64,000 nucleotides of DNA from a bacterium. GTDB taxonomy: Bacteria; UBA8248; JACPRG01; G963555815. Below are positions 40,005 to 47,867 of the stretch, piece after piece. Both the position numbers and the translations under genes were made by a program. The stretch covers positions 3,008,001-3,072,000 of the forward strand of contig OZ244653.1 of assembly GCA_965218795.1 (NCBI GenBank). The letters are read 5' to 3'. Position 1 is the first letter of the stretch, and the number at the start of each line of letters is the position of its first letter. The notes beneath the pieces are model-generated. The model made no database searches. It was given only the letters and a program-made list of their open reading frames with translations, and was not told where the DNA came from.

Positions 40005-40574
40005 TTAATCGTCCAGGGAGACCTCGATGGGCTCGCCATTCAAATGAATGGAGCTCTTCATGGGCACGGCGGCCTGCACCATGTTCTCGGCAAAGCAGCC
40101 GCGCTTGGCATTTCGAATCAGAAGCCGGAGCCGTTCCTCGGGCCCATCCGATTCAACCTCGAAGAAGGACCTGACCTCCGAGCACCCGCTTACCACCGTG
40201 CCTTTGAGGACCGATCCTCCCTGGTAAAAGTCCATTTCCACCCGTACGCGGGCCGACCGAAGATTGAGGCGCATGGCTGAAGCATACAGCTTCAGGTTGC
40301 TCAGCAGTCACGTTCCGATGCCCCCCGCAATGTAGGAGAGGGGTTGTGGATATCGGCCTTCACCCATCAAATGCGGAGGCTCATCCGAGCAAAAAATCTT
40401 GGCGGTTTCAGGCCCGTCCTCGATCTCAACGCCCGAGGAAGGACTGGGCTTGCTTCCAACGAGCTGCTGATATACGCGGACCTCGTTCAGCAGTTTCCCC
40501 TTTCCCTCGCAATCCGCAACGGTGAGAACCTTTCTCATCCCCTCCGTCGATTGATCATCCGGGCTCACTGCCAT
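40005..40574 (-). CDS. OsmC/Ohr-family protein, probable selenoprotein (in-frame UGA at 40308-40310)
   Basis: ORFs 40308-40574 and 40005-40274 share a frame: SDEPPHLMGEGRYPQPLSYIAGGIGT-UGA-LLSNLKLYA...RGCFAE. The UGA sits at the first OsmC Cys position and the second Cys is retained. Confidence 0.8.
40277..40295 (-). promoter_or_regulatory. Candidate bacterial SECIS hairpin
   Basis: CUGAAGC-UGUAU-GCUUCAG begins 12 nt after the UGA; G at second position of the apical loop. Confidence 0.6.
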
Positions 40575-40677
40575 TTTGAATACCCTCCTATCATTTCACG
40601 GAAGTGCCGAACAGGCTCGGGTCGGCGTCGGGGCGGCCGGCTTCGCGCCCTGAAGCAACTCCAAAGCCGGTCCTGGG

Positions 40678-40762
40678 TGCCGAGGGGGGGACTCGAACCC
40701 CCACGAGGCAAGGCCCCAACGGATTTTAAGTCCGTTGCGTCTACCCATTCCGCCACCCCGGC
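40678..40762 (-). tRNA. tRNA-Leu (anticodon TAA)
   Basis: GCCGGGG TGGCGGAATGGGTAGACGC, anticodon arm ACGGA-CTTAAAA-TCCGT, long variable arm, GGTTCGAGTCC and CCTCGGC-A. Confidence 0.95.
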
Positions 40763-40768
40763 CTTTGC

Positions 40769-40797
40769 TTGTTTATAGCATACGTAGTGAATATTCT
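40769..40797 (+). promoter_or_regulatory. Sigma70-like promoter upstream of riboswitch
   Basis: TTGTTT-17 nt-TATTCT, divergent from tRNA-Leu. Confidence 0.4.
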
Positions 40798-40807
40798 GGA
40801 TACTTCA

Positions 40808-40895
40808 CATCCTTCAAGGGCAACCCGGTCGTGAGGTTGGACGCAGAGGCATGGGACTGGGACGAACCTTCTTCAGATCGCCAGCCCGCCGAAGA
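40808..40895 (+). ncRNA. c-di-GMP-I (GEMM)-like riboswitch aptamer
   Basis: AAGGGCAACCC-GGUC-GUGA-GGUU-GGACGCAGAGGC...GAUCGCCAGCCCGCCGAA follows the GGGCAAACC..GNRA..GACGCAAAG...GCCAG..GCCGAA consensus. A hairpin aagggga..tcccctt follows at 40900-40923. Confidence 0.7.
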
Positions 40896-41335
40896 AAAGA
40901 AGGGGAAGCGCGGTCATCCCCTTGTGTCGCCCCAAGGCAAGGAGGGCGAACCGTGCAACCATTTCGGCTGTCTTGGTATACTTGCGTAATATTCCCCCTT
41001 TTCAGATTCTCTTGTGATCGCTTGCACAACAGAGCTTCGGTCACACCCGCCATTCCGGGCGGTCAGAAGTATCCCATGTGAGGATTGCGTGTCCCATTCC
41101 GGCGGACGCGCTCCAACGTCTGGAAACAACCCGCTCGGGAGCATCCGTCGATCGGTTCACCCACTGGACCGCCCTGTGGGGCCGGATTCGGGAATGCAGG
41201 ATGAAAACAGCAGGTCGTTTCTGTTGATATAATAATTTGTCGTTTCGGGAACGTCTCCCGGAAGAGAGCAGAGACTTTTCAGCGGGGTCGTCCGGGATTC
41301 TGAACGAGACATTCTGAAAGGAGCCGGCGCGGATT

Positions 41336-42343
41336 GTGAAAGTACTGATCACCGGCGGCTGCGGCTTCATCGCGTCGAACCTGATTCGGTATCTGCTGAA
41401 TCTCAAGACAGGGTATGAAGTCATCAATCTGGATGCCCTTACGTATGCGGGCAATGAGAAAAATCTGGAGGAATTCCGGGAGAGCGCGGAGTATGCCTTT
41501 GTCAAAGGAGATATCTGTGACGAGCCGCTGGTTGAACAGATTGTCGGAGGGGGCGTGGACGCCATCATCCACATGGCGGCGGAAACGCATGTGGACCGGA
41601 GCATTCTCGGGCCCCGGGAGTTTGTGCGCACCAACGTCCTGGGCACCCAGAACCTGCTGGAGGTCGCCCGCCGATTCGAGGTGAAGCGGTTTGTCCACGT
41701 TTCGACGGACGAGGTCTACGGCTCCTTGGGCCCGGATGGGGTCTTCACGGAGGAGAGTCCGCTGGAGCCGAACAGCCCATATGCCGCCAGCAAGGCTTCA
41801 TCCGATCTCCTCGTCCGCGCTTATGCGCAGACCTATGGCTTCCCCGCGATCATCACCCGGGCGTCCAACAACTATGGCCCCTATCAATTTCCTGAAAAAT
41901 TCATCCCGCTGTTTCTGACGAATGCCATGGAAGGCAAGAAGCTTCCTCTTTACGGAGACGGGCTCAATGTCCGGGATTGGCTGTTCGTGGAAGACCATTG
42001 CAAGGCCCTTGAGATCATTCTCCACAAAGGAACACCCGGGGAGATTTACAACATCGGGGGGGATCAGGAGTATCCCAACGTCGAAATCGCCAAAACGATC
42101 GTCCGCTTGGCGGGCGCATCCGAAGAGAGCATCCGGTTCGTCAAGGACCGACCGGGACATGACCGGCGCTATGCATTGAGTATCGAAAAATTATCCGGCG
42201 AGCTTGGATGGAATCCGCGCGTCACCCTGGAAGACGGGTTGGCGAAGACCGTGGAGTGGTACAAGAAAAACGAGGACTGGTGGCGGCCTCTGAAGGACAG
42301 GCAATATGAGGAGTATTATTGGAAACAGTACGTGGAGCGTTGA
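41336..42343 (+). CDS. rfbB: dTDP-glucose 4,6-dehydratase
   Basis: ITGGCGFI, DALTYAGN, AAETHVDRSI, STDEVYG, PYAASK, SNNYGPYQFPEK and DRPGHDRRY motifs. Confidence 0.96.
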   Translation: MKVLITGGCGFIASNLIRYLLNLKTGYEVINLDALTYAGNEKNLEEFRESAEYAFVKGDICDEPLVEQIVGGGVDAIIHMAAETHVDRSILGPREFVRTNVLGTQNLLEVARRFEVKRFVHVSTDEVYGSLGPDGVFTEESPLEPNSPYAASKASSDLLVRAYAQTYGFPAIITRASNNYGPYQFPEKFIPLFLTNAMEGKKLPLYGDGLNVRDWLFVEDHCKALEIILHKGTPGEIYNIGGDQEYPNVEIAKTIVRLAGASEESIRFVKDRPGHDRRYALSIEKLSGELGWNPRVTLEDGLAKTVEWYKKNEDWWRPLKDRQYEEYYWKQYVER

Positions 42344-42623
42344 CGGTCCTGGTCCTTCGCAGGCGCCCGGCTTTCTTTCCTTCCGAAAATCGACAATCCG
42401 TCACATCCATTCCGGGGTTTTTCGCCCTGCCGGCGTTTGGAAGAACGTCTCATGCTGTGTGTCATCGAAGCTGACCGGGAGTTGCGGAATCCAGGCGCAT
42501 AGAAGGCAGGGAGTAAAAGGCTGGCGGAACCAGGACTGTCAAGCGGAATGGCTTTGAGTGAAGGGCCAGGCGCGGGGAGAAAACCTTATTTTAATATAAT
42601 GATACTTTAACAAGGAGATCACA

Positions 42624-43165
42624 ATGCCAGAAATTTTGAGCGACTTCAGCGGCATGCAACTCCACTCGTGGATAACACGGACACGATCATAAACCGAGCC
42701 CTGGATGCACTTGAACAGCGCAAGGGACACACTGCTCCAGAACGTGAGAGATTACCGAGCGTGAAGCGCACGAAGATACTCGACGCTTCTATAGGAGGAG
42801 AGCCCATAGATAATCCAAACTGGAATTTGTTGGTCAAGTGGATGCTAGTCCAAGCGATGGAGCGTCTCCGCGACTTCGACAGGCTGAACGAGCTCTATTC
42901 CGAGAACATGATCCAAGGGCAAAAGGATGGCGAGGGATATAGTTACATCCCCGAGAGCGACATTTCCGTTCAAGGTTTATCTGCGGACAAAGCATGCAGC
43001 GCGTTGCTGACGGTGGCACAGAGCTTGAACATAGAGCTTGAGATCGGCTTCATGTGGTGGCGCAAGGTAGGTGCCACATGTCCAGGCGAGAAGGCTCGCT
43101 TGAGGGTGCCGGGATCAAGAACCGAGAGTGCGAGCAACATAAACCGTATTCCATCACCTGTATGA
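42624..43165 (+). pseudogene. Hypothetical protein resembling the SepA-like family, N-terminus out of frame
   Basis: The RBS-led ATG at 42624 (MPEI) is out of frame with FERLQRHATPLVDNTDTIINRALDALE...NWNLLV...DISVQG...FMW...PGE. Lower GC; family call from memory. Confidence 0.45.
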
Positions 43166-43710
43166 CTAGGCTTCTTTCCTCACAGGTTGGGTAAACTTCT
43201 TGACCGTGTCGATCGGTCGCCTCCCCATGTTGCGATACCCAACTCATGCAGTTTTTGATTGCCGCGCGTGGCGGCAATTGATTGAGAAGAAACCGGAGTT
43301 ATACACTTGACGCACCAGCCCCCATATGTAGATCCCGCCCTCATATCGGCTGACCACAAGATGTAGATCAGCCACCAAACGCTTGACCACTTCCCGTCAT
43401 TGGGTGTAGGTTGAATCTCGTAGGGCTGGAACCCCAAGGGAACCTTGGGGGGTTGCTGTGAGGAACGGGTTGGCACCCTCCTTTTAGCAAATCCCACCAC
43501 CCATGTCAACAGGATAGGTGCGTCCTAGGAGCGCAAAATGAGCCTGATTGATCGGATATTTTGTGGACATTGCCGCTTCAAAGTGAATGTGGATAAACCG
43601 GAGGGTAAGATAATTCGTTTGTATTGTACTACGTGCAAAATATCGGTTTGAGGTGGTCCCACTATCTTGGACAGTTAGGCGGCTGAGTGAAGGTGTATTC
43701 GGTTCATTGA

Positions 43711-44643
43711 TCATGCCGCCAGCGTCCTGTTTGACCCGTCTTTCTGTTCTGGTTGAGCCGGCAGAGGGGCAGGCAAGCGGTGGGGCTTGGCCTGCATCTG
43801 CGGCGGCAGTCCTTTTTCGTAGGCCTCGGCCGGGGTAGAGCCAGCCAGGGCGGAATGAGGTCTTTCGGTGTTATAGAAGTCGAGCCACTTGGCAATGGCC
43901 CTTTGGGCTGCGAAGCCGTCGGTGAGCTCGTGCAGATACACCGCTTCGTATTTGAGCGAACGCCAGAGGCGCTCGATGAAGATGTTGTCCATGCATCGGC
44001 CCCGGCCGTCCATGGAGATGGCGACGCCGGCGTCTTGGAGGACAGCGGTAAACGCGAGGCTGGTGAACTGGCTGCCTTGGTCGGTATTGAAGATCCGAGG
44101 CCGGCCGTAGCGGTCCAGGGCTTCGGTCAGGGCCTCGACGCAGAAGCGGGCATCCAGGGTGTTGGACAGCCGCCAGGCGAGCACACGGCGGGTGGCCCAG
44201 TCCATGACGGCTACCAGGTACAGGAAGCCGCGCTGGACGGGGATATAGGTTATGTCCGCGGTCCAGACCTGATTGGGCCGCTCGATGGCGAGTCCCTTGA
44301 GAAGATAGGGATAAACCCGGTGTTCGGGATGTGGTCTGGTGGTTCTCGGCGCTTGGTAGATGGCCTGTAGGCCCATCAGCCGCATCAGACGCCGAACCCG
44401 GTGACGACCGACACGGACTCCCTCGCGCCACAAATGACGGACCATCTGGCGGCTGCCGTAGAACGGGTATTTCAAGAACAACTCATCGATCCGCCGCATC
44501 AACGCCAGGTTCTGCGCACTCTCGCCCTTGGGCGTGTGGTACAGCGAGGATCGGCTGATGGAAAGCAGGCGGCATTGACGGCTCAAGCTGAGTTTGGGAT
44601 GGTCGCGACGGATCATGGCCCTGCGTCCCTCCCGGCTCACCAC
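43711..44643 (-). CDS. IS3 transposase OrfB (integrase core, DDE)
   Basis: FYGSRQM, WTADITY, FNTDQGSQF, DNIFIERLWRSLKYE and YNTERPH motifs. Confidence 0.93.
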   Translation of the reverse strand: MVSREGRRAMIRRDHPKLSLSRQCRLLSISRSSLYHTPKGESAQNLALMRRIDELFLKYPFYGSRQMVRHLWREGVRVGRHRVRRLMRLMGLQAIYQAPRTTRPHPEHRVYPYLLKGLAIERPNQVWTADITYIPVQRGFLYLVAVMDWATRRVLAWRLSNTLDARFCVEALTEALDRYGRPRIFNTDQGSQFTSLAFTAVLQDAGVAISMDGRGRCMDNIFIERLWRSLKYEAVYLHELTDGFAAQRAIAKWLDFYNTERPHSALAGSTPAEAYEKGLPPQMQAKPHRLPAPLPAQPEQKDGSNRTLAA

Positions 44644-44918
44644 TTGAGCCCTTTGGACAAAAAATCCCGCTCCACCGTCAACTCCCCGATCTTCGCATGC
44701 AGGTCCCGGATCTCCACCTCATGGTCCCCACGTGCCCGCTCCGCCCCCTTGGAGAATACCTCCTTCAGCCCCTCCACCGCTCGCTGCTTCCAGGCGCTCA
44801 CCTGGTTCGGATGCACCTTGTGCCGCACCGCGATTTCTTGAACCGTCTTGTCCCCGCGCAGTGCTTCCAGCGCTACCTTCGCCTTGAACTCCCCCGTGAA
44901 TCGCCGTCGTGTCGTCAT
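44637..44918 (-). CDS. IS3 transposase OrfA (HTH); probably fused to OrfB by -1 frameshift
   Basis: RRRFTGEFKAKVALEAL, HPNQVSAWK and KIGELTVERDFL; a T6 run in GATTTTTTGTCC lies near the overlap. Confidence 0.92.
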   Translation of the reverse strand: MTTRRRFTGEFKAKVALEALRGDKTVQEIAVRHKVHPNQVSAWKQRAVEGLKEVFSKGAERARGDHEVEIRDLHAKIGELTVERDFLSKGLKW

Positions 44919-45190
44919 TGCGTATCCCTCCCTCAGTCGGTGGAATACACCTTAGCAACCTGTCCGATTTGCTGGGACCACCTCAGTTGCAGGGAAGGAT
45001 GAAGTCAAGCTAATGCTGAAAGAGATGCTTCGTGAATGGAAAAAGGCGGACCTAGACGCAGCCATTGAGAAGTCACCATGGATCTCTATCGAAATTGACG
45101 GGATTGAAAGTGAATTCGAACCTGTCAAAGGGAAACCGAGAATGGAGAAAATCACTTCTAAATGTAATTTTTACTTCGAAGTTACTTGAC

Positions 45191-45269
45191 GGAGCCCCCG
45201 TGGTCAAACGGCAAGACCGCGTCCCCTGCAAGGTACGAGGTCTCGGTTCGAATCCCCTCCGGGGCTCCA
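45191..45269 (+). tRNA. Degenerate tRNA-like sequence (Cys-like pseudo-tRNA)
   Basis: D arm GGTC-AAACGGCAA-GACC, CTGCAA loop, GGTTCGAATCC and 3' GGGGC-T-CCA are present, but the T stem is mostly unpaired and the anticodon loop is irregular. Confidence 0.5.
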
Positions 45270-45325
45270 TCAAAGAATGTGAAAAGGAGGCTTCAGTTTC
45301 AGGCAGGGGAGGCTGGCTTGTCAAT

Positions 45326-45377
45326 CGCTACATCTTGTGATCTGGCCTTCGTGGGCTGAAATCCTACATCTAGTGGC
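45326..45377. promoter_or_regulatory. Two NrdR-box-like motifs
   Basis: CTACATCTTGTG at 45328 and CTACATCTAGTG at 45364; TATAAT at 45394. Confidence 0.35.
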
Positions 45378-45424
45378 CGGGTGCGTCAAGGGTATAATCG
45401 CCGAAGAAACGGTGAGCAACACGG

Positions 45425-45697
45425 TCACGGAATCAACTTCACCAGCGCGACCGTGAGGCCGACGATCCCGGTGGCCATAAGCCATAAGTGTCTGTAGAAC
45501 GCCCTGAATTCGTTGGCAATATCGGCACGCAAACCAGCCATTTCGATGCGAACTGCGTCAATATCGGCCTTCGTTGCCACGTTTTCGCCCATGGCCTCGC
45601 CGACCGTGGCTACCACGGCTTCAGCCTGGGCTTCCTCGAAACCAGCGTCTCTGAGCGCCTTGGCCGCCTTGAGCGTATCAAATGCGAGGGTAATCAT
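45425..45697 (-). CDS. DUF1640/CCDC90-like coiled-coil membrane-anchored protein
   Basis: AFDTLKAAKALRDAGFEEAQAEAV, VATKADI and a C-terminal TM helix. Confidence 0.75.
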   Translation of the reverse strand: MITLAFDTLKAAKALRDAGFEEAQAEAVVATVGEAMGENVATKADIDAVRIEMAGLRADIANEFRAFYRHLWLMATGIVGLTVALVKLIP

Positions 45698-45755
45698 GCC
45701 ATGTATACTGTGTCACATGGTCCATTGATGTCAAAGTTGGGTGTAGTCCTTACTG

Positions 45756-45887
45756 ATGCTGGCACTCACCATTCCAGCCGTTGCCGACCTTCGCGTCCCG
45801 GCGGCAGTCCTGAGCGTCTACGATAGCGACGCGCTCACGATTGAGGCTGAGATATGGCCAGCCCGGGCCATGTCCCGCGCGACTTGA
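45756..45887 (+). pseudogene. Possible thermonuclease N-terminal remnant
   Basis: MLALTIPAVADLRVPAAVLSVYDSDALTIEAEIWPA* resembles a signal peptide plus the V-x-DGDT motif, degenerate. Confidence 0.3.
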
Positions 45888-46366
45888 CCGAGTCCCTCCG
45901 TCCAGCCCGGTGGAGCGGAGGGCATTGTTTTCGCCTGGGTGCCGAGACAATCCATCTTGAATTTCACCGATGACCGATTTGATCGGTCCCATATCGCATC
46001 CGGATCATCTTCGAAAACGCGCCGGAACGAATCAACTCCGTGGCGTACGGTTCCGCAGCATTCCGAAGAGCGCGCTCGCGTAGCTCGAAAGCAGATCGAT
46101 CAGAGCCTCCCTCGCCTTTTTGACGTCCCGCCGAATCAGTCGGCCCAAGAGCGGGACCGCGGGGATCAGGTTGTAGCCGTCGATCAGGAGCGTGGTCATA
46201 TTCGGTGGCCCGAGACCTATACGAAGGGTAGCGGGCAGGATTCTACACCTGTTATGATATTTGGACGTGAAGAGGAAGGCCTTGCATCCCGGAACGCTTC
46301 ATGGCGCAGGGCTCACGACTGGAAACCGTGAGGGGGGAGGGAAATCATCAGAGGGGGCATTGAATC

Positions 46367-46780
46367 ATGGCCAAGCTGAGACACATCGCCGTGGCGACGA
46401 AAGACCCTGAGAAAACCAGCGAGTTCTACAAGAAACACTTCGAGATGGAGGTGGCCGGCCGGATCGAAAACGACTTGGCTGAGGGCTATTACCTGTCGGA
46501 CGGGGTGGTTTGCCTCGCCATCCTGAAGTTCAAGACGCCCAACTCGAACCGCGCCTGGGACAGCGAGACGTTCACCGGGATCCATCACTTCGGGTTCATC
46601 GTGGACGACGTGGAGAAATCGGCCAGCGGCCTGGAAGCGGACGGATCGGAACTCGCGGCGGACCGTTACGAGGGGCGCGGCGAGGACACCGTATTCTACG
46701 AGCTCAAGTATACCGCTCCGGATGATGTTGTTCTTGACATCTCGGAACTCGGCTGGGTCGGGGCGAACGCCGAAGTATGA
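46367..46780 (+). CDS. VOC (glyoxalase/bleomycin resistance/dioxygenase) family protein
   Basis: LRHIAV, YYLSDG, GIHHFGFIVDDV and ELKYTAPDDVVLDIS motifs. Confidence 0.85.
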   Translation: MAKLRHIAVATKDPEKTSEFYKKHFEMEVAGRIENDLAEGYYLSDGVVCLAILKFKTPNSNRAWDSETFTGIHHFGFIVDDVEKSASGLEADGSELAADRYEGRGEDTVFYELKYTAPDDVVLDISELGWVGANAEV

Positions 46781-46839
46781 CCCGGCCATTCCGTCCATAG
46801 GCAGGATGGATCCCGGTCGCGCCCGAAAAATCCCCCATC

Positions 46840-47763
46840 TCAAAGCTGAAAGACAGTCCGGGCGTTGTCCCCGAGGATGAGAGCGAGCGCTTCGTCGCTC
46901 AAGGGAGGGACACCGATGCGCTCTGCGCCTTTTGGGAGCTCCTCTCGAAAGGTTTGGAGGCTCTGCGCCGGCGAGATCATCGGGTAATCGGTGCCCCAGA
47001 GGATGCGGTCGTAGCCGCACCCGAAGCGCGGAGCCCGGTGAAGCTGGCGCATCATCTCCTCCGGCGTTTCCAGAACCGACCAGAAGCTCAAATCCACGAA
47101 AACCCGATCGTGCTTCCCGACCAGGCACATGGCCTCGTCCACCCACGGCACGCCGAAGTGGGCGACGACGATGGCCAGGTCCCGGAACTCCCGGGCCGCC
47201 TCGTCGAGCTGAGCCGGACGTTGAAACTTCATCGGGGCATTGACCACCGTCGTCCAGCTCTGGTGGATGATGACCGGAATGTCCAGCTCCTGGGCCTTGG
47301 CGTAAATAGGCCAGAGGAGCTCCCGGTCGTCGGGCGCGTAGTGCTCGTAAGTGGGATACAGCTTGAGGGCTTTCATGCCGAGGCCGCGGACGGCCCGCTC
47401 CAGCTCCTCGACCGCCGATTCCCCTTGAAACGGGCTGACCGATGCGATCGGCACCAGTCGGTCGGGCGCCTCCTTGGCCACTTCGGCGACATACTCATTG
47501 GGGACGCCCACGCGAAGGGTTTCACGGGATTCCGGCTTACGGCCGTAGACCCTTGGCGGCCTGGGGGCCACACCGAAGAGGAGGACCTTGCCCACGCCGG
47601 CTTCGGTGTAATCCTGAATGAGCTTTTTCGGCCGAACCGGTTCATGGACGGCGCCGGGAATGGGCCGACGAGGCCAGCGAAAAAGAGGTTCCACCATTTC
47701 TTCGACGAAAGGGACCGGCCTGGATTCGGGCGGTCCGACGTGCGCATGGGCATCGACGATCAT
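46840..47763 (-). CDS. Amidohydrolase-2 family protein
   Basis: IVDAHAH, ALKLYP, VIIHQ, VAHFGVPW and LWGTDYP motifs. Confidence 0.88.
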   Translation of the reverse strand: MIVDAHAHVGPPESRPVPFVEEMVEPLFRWPRRPIPGAVHEPVRPKKLIQDYTEAGVGKVLLFGVAPRPPRVYGRKPESRETLRVGVPNEYVAEVAKEAPDRLVPIASVSPFQGESAVEELERAVRGLGMKALKLYPTYEHYAPDDRELLWPIYAKAQELDIPVIIHQSWTTVVNAPMKFQRPAQLDEAAREFRDLAIVVAHFGVPWVDEAMCLVGKHDRVFVDLSFWSVLETPEEMMRQLHRAPRFGCGYDRILWGTDYPMISPAQSLQTFREELPKGAERIGVPPLSDEALALILGDNARTVFQL

Positions 47764-47820
47764 CGGCCGGAGTCTCGCTTGGTTGAACCAGACGCGAATT
47801 GCGGGCATTCACGCCTTGAC

Positions 47821-47861
47821 TGAAAAGAAGGCCTCCGGACGGGGATTCTCCGTCCGGAGGC
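47821..47861 (-). terminator. Stem-loop terminator after THI5-like SBP
   Basis: gcctccggacgg...ccgtccggaggc followed by cttcttttc on the minus strand. Confidence 0.6.
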
Positions 47862-47867
47862 ATGGAA

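Larger units (their letters stand above)
43649..44985 (-). mobile_element. IS3-family insertion sequence (1337 bp)
   Basis: TG...CA ends; TIRs TGAGGTGGTCCCACTATCTTGGACAG / TGAGGTGGTCCCAGCAAATCGGACAG; 3-bp TSD GTT (43646-43648, 44986-44988). Confidence 0.93.
43538..45189 (+). pseudogene. Small zinc-ribbon protein (103 aa if rejoined) interrupted by IS3
   Basis: AGGAG RBS, then MSLIDRIFCGHCRF...LYCTTCKISV. The frame continues after the IS as AGKDEVKLMLKEML...FYFEVT* once the IS and one GTT copy are removed. Confidence 0.75.

Noticed and set aside
40308-40310. Nonsense mutation making the OsmC gene a pseudogene, or two separate small genes
   Set aside because: The stop is UGA at the expected catalytic Cys position, is followed by a SECIS-like hairpin, and both halves are otherwise intact. 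Not fully excluded without finding sel genes.
40600-40800. Integrative element at tRNA-Leu
   Set aside because: No integrase and no duplicated tRNA-Leu 3' end seen in the window.
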